Source: Candidatus Eiseniibacteriota bacterium
Lineage (GTDB): Bacteria > Eisenbacteria > RBG-16-71-46 > SZUA-252
DNA length: 64,000 nucleotides
NCBI GenBank assembly: GCA_963703225.1
Contig: OY969801.1
Coordinates: forward strand, 1,952,001-2,016,000
Reading direction: 5' to 3'
The position numbers were made by a program, and so were the translations under genes. Positions 8,852-19,331 of the stretch are shown here, piece by piece (positions within the stretch are counted from its first letter, which is position 1; each line of letters opens with the position of its first letter). A model generated the notes under the pieces. It did no database searches, was not told where the DNA came from, and saw only the letters and a list, made by a program, of their open reading frames with translations.

Positions 8852-10279
8852 TCAGGCCGCGGGCTTGATGTTTTGGTTCATCCGGAACAGGTTGGTCGGA
8901 TCGTATTTCGTCTTCAGCTTCGCCAGCCGCTCGTAGTTCGCACCGTAGGCGCCCTTCTGTACACGCTGGCTCTCGTCCTCGGGCATGAAGTTCACGTACA
9001 CGCCACCGGTGGCGAACGGGGTCGAGGCGTCGAAGAGCTGCCGTGCCCATGCGATGCATTCCTTGTCCTGAGCCGGATCACTCCACCGTGTGTGGACGTT
9101 CATGACGAATTCCACGTCGCGGTGCGGATACGCCGTGGCGTTGGCCGGAATTCGATTGATCGCCCCACCCAGGTTTCCAATGAAGACCTCGCACTCCGGG
9201 GACGGCAACCGGCCCACCGCCTCGAGCACCACTCGGATAAATCCGTCGTCGAGTTTCTTGAAGTCGTGTGACTTCCAGTAGTTCCTGGAGCCCGGCGCCA
9301 GGAGCGGATCGAACGCGGTCTGCCACCCCACGAACGGGGTTGGGCCGACCACGTCGGCAATCGGTTTGCCCAGTGCCCGGAGCGGCGCGACCGCCCTCTC
9401 GGCCTCCAGCTTGTCCCCGATGGCGCACACGGCGAACACCAGAACCTCCTTGCCGTGCACTTCGGGCGGCAGGAACGGAAGCGGCGGAGCCTTGCGTAGC
9501 ACCACCCATGCGGTGACCTCGTCGGGCGCCGAGGCGACAAACCGACGGTAGCCCTCGAGTACCTGTCTCGCCTGCGCGAACGGGTGGACGATCAGGCCTG
9601 CAATGACCTCTGGCCCTACCGGATGGAGCCGATACTCGAACGACGTCACGACGCCGAAGTTTCCACCACCGCCGCGCACCGCCCAGAACAGGTCGGCGTT
9701 CTCCTTGTCGCTCGCACGCAGGGACTTGCCATCGGCGGTCACCACGTCCACCGAAAGCAAGTTGTCCACCGTGAGCCCGTATTTGCGGCTGGTCCACCCA
9801 AAGCCGCCGCCGAGCGTGAAACCGGCGACTCCGGTCGTGGAGTTAATTCCCAGCGGAGTGGCGAGGCCGGAAGCCTGCGCCACGCGATCAAACTCGCCCA
9901 GGGTCACCCCCGGTTCGACGCGAGCCGTGCGGGCCGCCGTGTCCACACGCACCGACTTCATCGGCGACAGGTCAATCATCAGACCGCCATCGCACACGGC
10001 GTTGCCCGCGATGTTGTGCCCACCTCCCCGAACCGCCAGCAACAGCCGGTGCTCGCGCGCGAATCCGACCGCGCGCACCACGTCCGTCGCTTCGGCGGCA
10101 CGAACGATGACCGCGGGCCTTCGGTCGATCATCGCGTTCCAGATCGTGCGTGCGTCTTCGTAGCCTGGCTCCCCGGGCAGGCACATCGTGCCGCGCAGCC
10201 CCGCGCGCAGTCCGTTGAGAGCATCCGCCGCGATGGTCTGCTGGTTCCCATCGAGCGTCTTGAGACCGATGTCAGCCAT
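8852..10279 (-). CDS. FAD-binding oxidoreductase with berberine-bridge-enzyme C-terminus
   Basis: RGGGHN covalent-FAD His motif, DLFWAVRGGGGNFG, YVNF...KYDPTNLF. Confidence 0.92.
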   Translation of the reverse strand: MADIGLKTLDGNQQTIAADALNGLRAGLRGTMCLPGEPGYEDARTIWNAMIDRRPAVIVRAAEATDVVRAVGFAREHRLLLAVRGGGHNIAGNAVCDGGLMIDLSPMKSVRVDTAARTARVEPGVTLGEFDRVAQASGLATPLGINSTTGVAGFTLGGGFGWTSRKYGLTVDNLLSVDVVTADGKSLRASDKENADLFWAVRGGGGNFGVVTSFEYRLHPVGPEVIAGLIVHPFAQARQVLEGYRRFVASAPDEVTAWVVLRKAPPLPFLPPEVHGKEVLVFAVCAIGDKLEAERAVAPLRALGKPIADVVGPTPFVGWQTAFDPLLAPGSRNYWKSHDFKKLDDGFIRVVLEAVGRLPSPECEVFIGNLGGAINRIPANATAYPHRDVEFVMNVHTRWSDPAQDKECIAWARQLFDASTPFATGGVYVNFMPEDESQRVQKGAYGANYERLAKLKTKYDPTNLFRMNQNIKPAA

Positions 10280-10344
10280 TCTAGAATCCTCCCTGAGGGC
10301 GATGGGCCCCGGCGTTTACTGGGATCTCTTGTTCTAGCTCGCGC

Positions 10345-10818
10345 TCAGACCGTCGCGGGCACATGCGCCTTCTTGAGGATCGCGACCTGCCCCGCGTGAT
10401 AGAGCACGTGCTGCAGCTCTCCAATGATCAGCTCGAACCACACGCCGTCCACACCCGGCCGCTCTTTGTGCAGCTTCTCCGCCGGGAATCGGCCGACCGT
10501 CGCCACCAGCGCGTCCCCGGTTTCGAACAGCTGGGCCACAGCCTTGGACCAAGCCGCTTCGTCCGCGAATGTGGAGACGGGCCAGTTCTCCGCGTCCGAA
10601 ATCGCCGGTGATTCCCCCTGGAGCCGACGCCGCACCACTTCATGCCAGGTGGTCGCGTGCAGCAGTACCTCGGCGATCGTGTGCGCCTCGGGAATCGGAC
10701 GATGGATGGCCGCTTCGCGCGTGACGCCCTCGAGCACCTCCCTCCAGGAGGGTCCGTGCCAGGCGTCACCGTACAATGCCCGCTTCAACTGATCTGCAAG
10801 TCGCTCGCTGTCGTTCAT
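10345..10818 (-). CDS. DinB-family protein
   Basis: GDAWHGPS, HTIAE-x-H, QHVLYHAGQ metal-binding His pattern; ATG 10818 with GGAGA. Confidence 0.82.
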   Translation of the reverse strand: MNDSERLADQLKRALYGDAWHGPSWREVLEGVTREAAIHRPIPEAHTIAEVLLHATTWHEVVRRRLQGESPAISDAENWPVSTFADEAAWSKAVAQLFETGDALVATVGRFPAEKLHKERPGVDGVWFELIIGELQHVLYHAGQVAILKKAHVPATV

Positions 10819-10841
10819 CGCGTTGTCTCCCTGTCCCGGCA

Positions 10842-11120
10842 TCAGCCTCGTACCTGACCGAATCTCTGCGCCGACCGCAGGCGCGCCTTGACCGCTTCTG
10901 CGTCCCTATCTTTTGGCGGCGCCGTCGTGACCAGTGCATCGAGTAGTTTCCGCGCGGCCCGAGCGACGTCGTCGACAGCCCGGTCGAATGCCGCCTGATT
11001 GGCGAGCGACGGCTTGTTGAACCCGCTCACCTTCCTGACGAACTGAAGTGAGGAGGCACGGATTTCGTCGTCCGTCGCCGATGGCGAGAAGTTGAACAAA
11101 GTCTTGATATTCCTGCACAT
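10842..11120 (-). CDS. DUF2277 family protein
   Basis: MCRNIKTLFNF-x-P-x-AT-x-EIRA-x-LQFVRKVSGF-x-KPS signature. Confidence 0.88.
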   Translation of the reverse strand: MCRNIKTLFNFSPSATDDEIRASSLQFVRKVSGFNKPSLANQAAFDRAVDDVARAARKLLDALVTTAPPKDRDAEAVKARLRSAQRFGQVRG

Positions 11121-11168
11121 CGCGTTACCCCTTGTGTGGTGTGGAACGTGATCCGCCCGAATCCGCCC

Positions 11169-11576
11169 TTACGCGCCCGCGAGCTGAAGCAGGCGCTGGA
11201 ACTGAGCCTCGCTGAACGGCATGACGGACAGCCGAGGCAGGCGCGCCAGCTCGGTGCCCTTGAGCACCGCGTCGGATTTCACCTGGGCCAACGTCACCGG
11301 CTTGGGCAGCGCCCGGTCGGCCGCGAGGTTCACCACCGGCCGCTTTGGATCTTTGAGCTTGGGGTCCGGGTAGGCGTCCGAGGCCGCGATCGCGAGCCCA
11401 ACGGCTTGCTTCTCGTCCCCGGTGTGGTACACGACCACGGTATCGCCCTTCCTGATCGTGGCAAGGTGCTTCAGGGCCACCGGGTTCGACACTCCATCCC
11501 ACACGGTCCGCTTGTCGCGTTTGAGGTCGGCAAAGGAGTAGGTCGTGGGCTCGGTCTTTACGAGGAATCGCGCCAT
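11169..11576 (-). CDS. Stand-alone EVE-domain protein
   Basis: FLVKTEP-x-YS, WDGVSN, YHTG, RLSVMP; ATG at 11576, 2 bp after the upstream stop. Confidence 0.9.
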   Translation of the reverse strand: MARFLVKTEPTTYSFADLKRDKRTVWDGVSNPVALKHLATIRKGDTVVVYHTGDEKQAVGLAIAASDAYPDPKLKDPKRPVVNLAADRALPKPVTLAQVKSDAVLKGTELARLPRLSVMPFSEAQFQRLLQLAGA

Positions 11577-11578
11577 GG

Positions 11579-14500
11579 CTAGAGGATAGCAGCCCGCGGA
11601 AGGATGCGCACCTCCCTCGCGACCTCGAGGAATCGGCAGAAGGCGTTCGCGAGCTTCATCTGTCTCGGGCTCTGGCAGTCGGGCTCGAACAGGCGTGGGC
11701 TCCCCACCACGATGCAGGCGCATTGGGCCCGGGATGTGGCGACGTTGAAGCGGTTCGGACTGTAGAGGAACTCCATGCCCCGCGGAGCGTCCTCCGGCGT
11801 CGACGTCGTCATGGAGTAGATCACGATCGGCGCCTCCTGGCCCTGGAATCGGTCGACCGTGCCGACGCGCGCTCCGGCGGGCAGCCGGGCGGTCAGATCG
11901 GCGACCTGGGCGTTGTAGGGGGCGATCACCAGAACGTCGTCGAGGGCGATCGCTCGCTCGCGCCCATCGCGGTCGCGCCAACGGGCGCCGCCTTCCATCA
12001 GCGTGCCCACCAGCTCGGCGACGATCTCCACCTCCTCCCGGCTGGAACTCTGATTGGCGTCGTGGTGCGCCGGGACAAACCACAAGCCCGAGCCGGGGAA
12101 CAGGACCTCGCCCAGCAGCGTTTGCTGCTCGAGGCTGGCGAGGGAGCGCAGCCGTCGCTCGTAGAACAGCTCTGACGTGAGGCTGCAGATGGCGGGAGGC
12201 AGCCGCCATGTCTCCTCGAGAAAGAGGCCGCGATCGTCCGCGATCGTCTGGGCGCCGCCGAGAACGTGCTCGAGCGCGGAGACCGCGGTGCCTTCGGGGT
12301 GAGATCCCTGGATCGGCTGCTCCAGCTGCTGCGGATCGCCGAGCAGGACAACGCTCTTGGCGCAGGGAGCGATCGCGAGGACATTCGCGAGCGACATCTG
12401 CCCGGCCTCGTCCACGAACAGGACGTCCACCGCTTCCACGAACTCCTCGCGCGCCCACATCCATGCGGTGCCACCCGCGACGTTCGCCCGACCCCCACGA
12501 AGGGCGGTCAGAACGGCGGCGTTGTCCGTGGTCTCGCCGATCCCGGGATCGGCGATCGCGCCCTTCTCCTTCACCTTACGCAGACACTCGACGCGAACGC
12601 CCTCCTCGGCGCCGGCCTCCACGACCTGCTTGAGGAGGTTCACGATGACCTTGTGGCTCACCGCGCAAACGCCCACCCGCTTTCCCGTGCGCACGAGGTC
12701 GCAGATCATGCGGGCACCGGTGAAGGTCTTGCCCGATCCAGGCGGTCCCTGAATGGCGAGCGTGCCGCGATCCAGCAAGAGCGCGAGCCGACGCGCTGCC
12801 CTGACGCCCCCCTCGCCCGGCGCCTCGAGGGGACCCTCCACCGGCGAAGCCAGACGCGGCCCGCGCCGGAGCAGCAGATCGCGGGCGGCCCGATAACGAC
12901 CGGGCGTGTCCACGCCGTTCGTGGCCACCCAGTCGCCCAGCCGCGCCAGCGACTCGGCCTGCTCCCTGGAGGACACCGTGTCGTGCGCGAACACACTCGT
13001 GGGATCCAGCGACGCGCAGGCACCGCTCTTCTTGACGTCGATCGTGCGGGCGGCGAGATCGATCTCCTCCACGTCCCCGAACTTGCGTCCATCCGGAAGG
13101 GGCAGATGGAGCTTGTCGCCCTCGCGAATGTTCGTCTCTTGAGCCGGAAAGCGGTACCGATCGACGGGCGTGCGCCCTCCCGCCGGGAGACGTTCCACAC
13201 GCTCGAGACCCGCCAGTGCCGCCGTCTCGTCGAGGAGATCCTCGTCCGGCAGCTCCCGCAGGCGGTAGTACTCCCACCAGGGCGCCTTCTCCTCGCGTCG
13301 ATGCCAGTCGAGCATGAGGGCGAGCAGCCACACCGCCTGCTGCTTCTCGGATCGCTCCTCGGATGGCTCCGGCACTTTCGAAAGCAGCCGCGCCGCCAGC
13401 TCGCGGGTGCGTCGCTCGCGCTCGTCGATCTCCTTGTTCGGGTCGCCCGACTCCTCGGCTGGCCGAGGAATCTCGGCGCCGTCCGCCTCCGCCCCCTGAC
13501 GCAGGAGTTCGAGCCAGTCGCGCAACGCACGCGCCGAGAGGCAATCCTCGCGGTTGTAGGCTTCCACGATCCGCGCGTTCTCGTCGTCAGGGGCCATCCG
13601 AGCGCCCAGCTCGAGCCCGCGCTGGATGACGCGCAGGGCCGCGCCCGCCTGGTCGAGGGGCTGCCGGCGCCCGAAACCGTAGAGCGGCTCAAGCTTCTTG
13701 ATGGAGTATTCCTCGACGCTGGCGCGCAACGACTGGCGCACGATCGCGTGCAGATCCACGAACCGGCCGGCGCGCAGGAGGCGATCGACTTCGGCCTCGC
13801 GCGTGGCGTGCCGGCCCATCAACCGCTTGATCGCCCCGGTCTCGTAGACGCCGTAGTGGTAGACGTGCATGTTCGGGTCGAGGGACCACCGCTGCATGAT
13901 GGTGTCCAGGAGCGCTTCGAAGCCCTGGCGTTCGGCCGCCCGATCGAGCGCCCAGTGGCACTTGTAGACAGGCGGGCCCACCTCGAGCGCGAGCGTCCCG
14001 GGCGGCGGGGGATCGGGAATCGCCCAGCCGAACAGGTACTCGAGGCCGCCCTCGTCCACGTAGGGATCCGCCTCTAGATCCAGGAACAGATCGCCCGGCG
14101 AGGGAGCTGGGAGGCACGCGAGCCCGCGGCCGGGCGCCATCGGAAGCAGCTCGTGCAGGTTCTTGTGCTCGTTTCGTCCGGCGAGCTGGATGCGTGCCTG
14201 CTCCCGAACGCGCCCATAGCCTTCCTTCGCGCCACGAGCCGGCTTCCACTGAATCGGCAGGGGCTCGACCGCCAGCGATGCCAACGTGCCCAGCTCGCGC
14301 GACTTGAGCTCGCGCGTCTGAAGCCGCGAGATCCCGGCGACCAGGCTCAGGTGGTCGTCCGCGTGCCTCTGCCGGTCGCACCTCGGCCACCAGCGGCAGA
14401 TATCGCAGTGCGGCACGGGGTCGGGATAGGTGGCGGTGGCGCCGCCCTCCCCTGCTTCCGCGTCCACCGCCGCTTCCAGTCGACGGCGCACGAGTCGGTA

Positions 14501-15064
14501 GTAGGCGAGGTAGTCCTCGACGCGATACGTCTCCAGCGGAAAGTCGGGCCGCCGCGGGACCACGTGCATGTACGTCGGCAGGACGCCTTGTATCTCGGCC
14601 AAAAGCTCCGAGTAGAGGCAGAGCTGGAGGACCGCCCCCGCTTTGGTCTCGCGGGCGAGCTTGGTATCGAGGGCCTCGTAGGACCACGCACCGAGCCCGC
14701 TCGGGCGCTTCACCCGGAGGAGCACGTCCGCGCGCCCCAGCCAGCGCCCGCCGGCGAGCGTCGCCTGCGCGATGACCTCCGCGCCCGCGTACATGGCTGC
14801 CACCGTGCGCTCGAGGTCCCGCCGGCCATCTTCCCCCTCGTCGAGCCGCGTGATCCTCCGCCCCTGCCGCTCCAATTGAGCAAGGTAGGCGCGCTCGTGC
14901 TCGAGGCCCCGCTCGCGGAGCAGGGCTGCCTCGGGCCGAAACCAATCAGGCGGCTTGAGCCGGCCCTCGGCCGCGCCGCGATCGAGCCCGGTCAGATGGC
15001 GGCAGGCGAGATGGTTCGCGAGGTCGGTTGCCGAGAGCCTCAGGGTGCCGGTGTCGCGCTTCAC
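11579..15064 (-). CDS. TM0106-family RecB-like nuclease + RNase H-like domain + SF1 (DNA2/NAM7) helicase
   Basis: GRADVL...DTK...QLCLY nuclease motifs; C...CDICRWWPRC Cys cluster; DLEADP/YSIKKLE/YNREDC RNase H-like; GPPGSGKT, DEAGQ, GDPQQL, PYNAQV, TVDRFQGQE, NVATSRA helicase motifs; GTG start 15064. Confidence 0.9.
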   Translation of the reverse strand: MKRDTGTLRLSATDLANHLACRHLTGLDRGAAEGRLKPPDWFRPEAALLRERGLEHERAYLAQLERQGRRITRLDEGEDGRRDLERTVAAMYAGAEVIAQATLAGGRWLGRADVLLRVKRPSGLGAWSYEALDTKLARETKAGAVLQLCLYSELLAEIQGVLPTYMHVVPRRPDFPLETYRVEDYLAYYRLVRRRLEAAVDAEAGEGGATATYPDPVPHCDICRWWPRCDRQRHADDHLSLVAGISRLQTRELKSRELGTLASLAVEPLPIQWKPARGAKEGYGRVREQARIQLAGRNEHKNLHELLPMAPGRGLACLPAPSPGDLFLDLEADPYVDEGGLEYLFGWAIPDPPPPGTLALEVGPPVYKCHWALDRAAERQGFEALLDTIMQRWSLDPNMHVYHYGVYETGAIKRLMGRHATREAEVDRLLRAGRFVDLHAIVRQSLRASVEEYSIKKLEPLYGFGRRQPLDQAGAALRVIQRGLELGARMAPDDENARIVEAYNREDCLSARALRDWLELLRQGAEADGAEIPRPAEESGDPNKEIDERERRTRELAARLLSKVPEPSEERSEKQQAVWLLALMLDWHRREEKAPWWEYYRLRELPDEDLLDETAALAGLERVERLPAGGRTPVDRYRFPAQETNIREGDKLHLPLPDGRKFGDVEEIDLAARTIDVKKSGACASLDPTSVFAHDTVSSREQAESLARLGDWVATNGVDTPGRYRAARDLLLRRGPRLASPVEGPLEAPGEGGVRAARRLALLLDRGTLAIQGPPGSGKTFTGARMICDLVRTGKRVGVCAVSHKVIVNLLKQVVEAGAEEGVRVECLRKVKEKGAIADPGIGETTDNAAVLTALRGGRANVAGGTAWMWAREEFVEAVDVLFVDEAGQMSLANVLAIAPCAKSVVLLGDPQQLEQPIQGSHPEGTAVSALEHVLGGAQTIADDRGLFLEETWRLPPAICSLTSELFYERRLRSLASLEQQTLLGEVLFPGSGLWFVPAHHDANQSSSREEVEIVAELVGTLMEGGARWRDRDGRERAIALDDVLVIAPYNAQVADLTARLPAGARVGTVDRFQGQEAPIVIYSMTTSTPEDAPRGMEFLYSPNRFNVATSRAQCACIVVGSPRLFEPDCQSPRQMKLANAFCRFLEVAREVRILPRAAIL

Positions 15065-15096
15065 GTCCAGTCCGTATCTCCATCCCCGCGGTGCGC

Positions 15097-15804
15097 CTAC
15101 TCGCGGCAGAGCTCCATCAGCCGAGCCGCCAGCTTCGGGCCCTTTCCCTCTTCCTCGTGCTTCAGGAAGACGTAGGCGTCGCTCCATGGCTGCTCACGGA
15201 TACGCCGCGCCCAGTCGCGCAGCTCCTTGTCCTTGAAGTCCTCGCGCCGCAGCCGCAGGTAGCCCCAGTCGGTGGTTGCGACCAGCGGGGCGGCGGGCTC
15301 CTCCCCCGTGTCCGCCACGCAAAGCGCCGCGCGCTGGGCTCGCAGCGTTTCGTAGACCTCATCATCGAACCACGACGCGTGCCTGAACTCGATCGCCATC
15401 CGCCGGCGCTCGGGCATCTCGTCGAAGAAACCCTGGAGCCGCGGGACGTCCTTCTTGAAGTTCGGTGGGAGCTGGAACAGCAGCGGCCCAAGCCGCGATC
15501 CCAGCGTCGAGGTGACGCCGAAAAGGTAGGTGAGCAGCTCGCCGCACTCCTTGAGCCGCCTGTCGTGCGTGATGCGCTTGGACGCCTTGATCACGAACGT
15601 GAAGCTCTCGGGCACCTGTTCGGCCCACCCGCTCAGGAGCTTCTCGGTCGGCATACGGTAGAAGGTGTTGTTGATCTCCACCGTCGGAAAGCGCTCGGCG
15701 TAGTAGCGCAGCATGTCCTTCGCGGCCATCTTCTCGGGGTAAAAGTTGCCCTTCCACTCGGCGTAGGAATACCCGCTGGTTCCGATCCGCACCTTTACGC
15801 TCAC
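15097..15804 (-). CDS. DUF72 (YecE/YunF-like) TIM-barrel protein
   Basis: IGTSGYSY-x-W-x-G-x-FYP, VEINNTFY, LFQLPPNF, EFRH-x-SW, YLRLR; GTGA overlap with the upstream hydrolase. Confidence 0.92.
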   Translation of the reverse strand: MSVKVRIGTSGYSYAEWKGNFYPEKMAAKDMLRYYAERFPTVEINNTFYRMPTEKLLSGWAEQVPESFTFVIKASKRITHDRRLKECGELLTYLFGVTSTLGSRLGPLLFQLPPNFKKDVPRLQGFFDEMPERRRMAIEFRHASWFDDEVYETLRAQRAALCVADTGEEPAAPLVATTDWGYLRLRREDFKDKELRDWARRIREQPWSDAYVFLKHEEEGKGPKLAARLMELCRE

Positions 15805-16490
15805 GTTCGCTCCTCCAGCCATTGGGCCGCCGCGAGAGCCAGCTCATCAAGCACCTGCTCGTCGGTCCGGCCGCTACGCTTCAACACATGAAACATGTGG
15901 TCGGCGTGCTCGATCACGCGAAGCGTGGCGCGTGCCCCCAGCCGCCCGACGACCGGCTTGAGCAGCGTGAGGTCGGCAAGGGTATCGCGGGTTCCCTGGA
16001 GAAACAGCATCGGAAGGTCCACCCGCGTCAGGTGCTCGGCGCGAGAGATGCCGGGTTGCCCCGCCGGGTGCAACGGAAATCCGAGAAAGACCAGCCCCTT
16101 GACCCCGGGGAGGGGCGCCGCGGCTGCGGCGCGGGAGGTCATGCGCCCTCCCATGGACTTGCCGCCAGCCAGGAGTGGGAGGCCACCCGCCGCCTCATGG
16201 GCCGCCCCGACGGCCGCCCGCACGGTGTCGAGCAGCATCGGCTCGGGATCGGGTCGGCGGCCGCCCTGCTCCGTATAGGGGAACTGATAGCGCAACGTGG
16301 CGATCCCCTGCGCGGCGAGACGCCCCGCGATCGCTTCCATGAACGAGTGCCGCATTCCGGCCCCGGCGCCGTGGGCGAGCACGTAGAGAGCGCGGGCCCG
16401 CGCGGGGAACAGGAGGAGCGCCGAGACCTCGACGCCCCCCGAGACGCGAATACGCCGTTCGACCGCCGTGTGAGCCGCGGCTTTCGTCAC
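15801..16490 (-). CDS. KANL3/Tex30-like alpha/beta hydrolase
   Basis: LAHGAGAGM, GGKSMGGR, GFPLHP, QGTRD, ADH; GTGA overlap with the ligD stop. Confidence 0.88.
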   Translation of the reverse strand: MTKAAAHTAVERRIRVSGGVEVSALLLFPARARALYVLAHGAGAGMRHSFMEAIAGRLAAQGIATLRYQFPYTEQGGRRPDPEPMLLDTVRAAVGAAHEAAGGLPLLAGGKSMGGRMTSRAAAAAPLPGVKGLVFLGFPLHPAGQPGISRAEHLTRVDLPMLFLQGTRDTLADLTLLKPVVGRLGARATLRVIEHADHMFHVLKRSGRTDEQVLDELALAAAQWLEERT

Positions 16491-19223
16491 TTCCCCTTCG
16501 CCTTGCGTTTCATCCGCTCCTCGATCGCGGCGATCGCGACACCGATGTTGACACCCTCTCCCATGACGCCCGCGAGCGGATCATCCATCTTTTCGAATCG
16601 CGCCGGCAACGTGCGCATGGTGAAGCGCGCGGGGTCAAGCCGGGCGTTGACCTCGACCCACTTGAGCGGACAGGAGGCCGGCGCTCCCGCGATGGGGCGC
16701 AGCGAGTAGGGCGCGACGATCGTGATGCCGTGCCCGTTTTGCCCCCAGTCGATGTAGACCTTGCCGCCCCGCGCGTGGAGGGGACGCGCGAGGGTGGCAA
16801 TCTCGGGATTCGCTTCCAATCCCAGGGAGGCGAGCACGCGGGCGAAGGTCTTGCACTCCTCGTGCGTGTAGCGGCGGCCGAGCGGGATCAGGATGTGGAG
16901 GCCCGCCTGTCCCGATGTCTTCGGGTAGCTCGGAAGCTCCAGCTCGTCGAGCAGCCGGTGCAGGCTCCGCGCGACCTCGACCACGTGGGCGAACGGGGCG
17001 CCCTTGGGGTCCAGGTCCAGCACCAGCCAGTCGGGTCTCTCGAGCGAGCCGGACCGTGCGCTCCACATGTGGATCGGGATGGTGCCGAGGTTGGCGACGT
17101 AACGCAGCGACTCGGGGTCGTCGAGAACGAAGAAGCGGATGTCGCGATCGGAGTCCTTGGAGTAGACGGATTCGGTGCGCATCCATCCGGGGATGAACAC
17201 CGGCGCGTCCTTCTGGAAGAAGGATTTGCCCTTGATGCCGTCCGGGTAGCGCGTGAGCACCACGGGACGGTCGCGCAGGTAGCGCAGCATGAGAGGTGCG
17301 ACAGCCTCGTAGTAGGCGATGAGGTCGCCCTTGGTGTAGCCCTCGTCGGGCCAGAACACCTTGCGCAGATTGGAGAGGCGGACCTCGCGCGGCTCGTCAG
17401 CAGGCGCCGGAGTGCGCGGGGACGACGGGAGTGCCGGTGGCTCCGTCGGTGGGGCTCGAGGCTTTCGCGGCGGCGGTTTCGTCGACCTCTAGAGCGGCAT
17501 CGCTCTCCGCCCCCGCCTCGCGCTGGACCTCCTCGGGCTTCCGGTCGGTGCGCATCCCGATGAAGATCGGGATGGCGCAGTCCCCCGTCGGCGGTCCACT
17601 CGGTGAAGCGCACCTCGCACACAAGCCGCGGCTCCACCCAGTAGTTCCCGCGGCCCGTGGGCCCCGACCCACCAAAGGGCGACTCCGCGCGGCGCAGTGG
17701 CTGGAGCTGCTTCCACAGGCGGTCCTGCATGGCGCCGTCAAAGCCGCTACCGACGCGCGTCACATGCCGGAGCTGATCCGCCCTCGTAGACGCCGACGTG
17801 CAGGGCGCCAAAGTGCCGACCGCCGCCGCGCGGCTCGGTGTAGCCCCCGATCACGAACTCTTGCCGGCGCTGGCACTTGATCTTGACCCAGTCGGGGGAC
17901 CGCTTGCCCGTGTAGCGGCTGTCGGCCCGCTTGGCGATCATCCCCTCGAGGCCCATCTCGGAGGCGGCCTCGAAGAACGCCTCGCCGTGCTCCGCGACGT
18001 GATCGCCCGCCTGGACGATTCCGGCCGGTGGCAGGATGCGGCCCAGGCATTCCTTCCGTTCGAGCAGCCCGAGCTGGCGCAGGTCGTGGCCTTCGAGCGC
18101 CAGGCAGTCGAAGAACACCGCACGCACCGGAACCCGAGCCATGGCGGCGGCGATGTCGCGAGGGTGCGAGAGCAGCATCCGTTTCTGCAGACGGCCAAAG
18201 CTCGGCCGTCCCGACGCGTCGTACGCCACGATTTCGCCGTCCAGAACGAAGCGCTCCGGCGAGAGCCCGCGGAGCGCGGCGGCGATCTCGGGGTAGCGCG
18301 CGGTGATGTCCTCCCCGCTGCGGCCGAGCATCCGCACCTCCTCGCCGCGGCGCTCGGCGATCACGCGCACGCCGTCGTACTTGATCTCGAACACCCAACC
18401 GGCGCGCGAGAAGGGTTTCTCGGCCGGCGTGGCCAGCATGTGCTTCACCTCGTCGCGCGCGCAGCTCGCCGCGCGGAGCCTTGAGCGCGGCGAGGTGGGC
18501 GCGCAGGCTGGCGAGCCATGCCGGCACGTCGCGCATCTCCTGCACCGTGAGGCCGGAGATCACCGAGCGCGGCCAACGCTCGAGCACGTCCTGGTCCGAG
18601 GCCGCGCCGTCCGCCTTCTTCAGCAGCAGCCAGTCCTTCTCGCTCTTGCTCATCCGGACGAGCGTCCAGCGACCGCCTAGCTTGTGGCCGAAAAGCTCCA
18701 GCTCCAGCTTCCCGCGCGCGTATTGCTCGCGGATGTCCTCGGGCTTGAACGAGCCGTAGGTGCCGCGATCCCACACGATCACGGAGCCGGCGCCGTAGTT
18801 GCCGGCCGGAATCACGCCCTCGAAGTTCGCGTACTCAAGCGGATGGTCCTCCACGTGCACCGCGAGCCGCTTCTCTTCCGCGCGCACCGAGGGGCCCTTG
18901 GGCACGGCCCAGCTCTTCAACACCCCCTCCATCTCGAGGCGTAGATCGAAGTGCATGTTGCGCGCCCAGTGCTGCTGGACCACAAAGCGCGCGCCGGGTG
19001 TCGGGGAGGGCGCCGCCGCGGGAGTCTTGGAGGCGCCGGGGGCCGGAGCGCCGCCGAAGGGCTCAGGCGTCCGGTCGGGATCGCGCTTCTTGCGGTAGGT
19101 TTCGAGCGGGGCGGGCGCCTGGGGGGTGCTCGGCCCCGGTACGGCACGCGCCTTCGGCTCCGGCACGGGGCCTTTTCGTTTGTCAGGACGAGACTTACCG
19201 CGGGCGGCGGGACGGGACGGCAT
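16487..19223 (-). CDS. ligD: NHEJ DNA ligase D (phosphoesterase-ligase-polymerase), read through about four frameshifts
   Basis: PE: FVVQQH-x-HFDLRLE, SWAVPKGPS, AVHVEDHP; LIG: FEIKYDGVR, EGMIAK, WVKIK; POL: RYPDGI, DLDP, KTSG-x-GLH; frame changes near 18450, 17775, 17575 and 17390. Confidence 0.92.
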
Positions 19224-19331
19224 GTGGGCTCGTTAACGTTCCAGGGTCATCGGCCGATGGATAAAACGTTGAGGACCAGTAAACCACGGTGCTAGCCTTG
19301 GGTGCTACTTCCCCATCAGGAGGGATTCAAG

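Noticed and set aside
12266..14077. 603-aa plus-strand ORF and many similar long antisense or alternate-frame ORFs (e.g. 45555-47309, 56253-58313, 61668-63185)
   Set aside because: They shadow recognisable genes, are Arg/Pro/Gly-rich without motifs, and are expected in high-GC DNA
17390..18450. Programmed frameshifting or a naturally split ligD
   Set aside because: No slippery heptamers seen, breaks fall inside domains, and similar indels occur in unrelated genes
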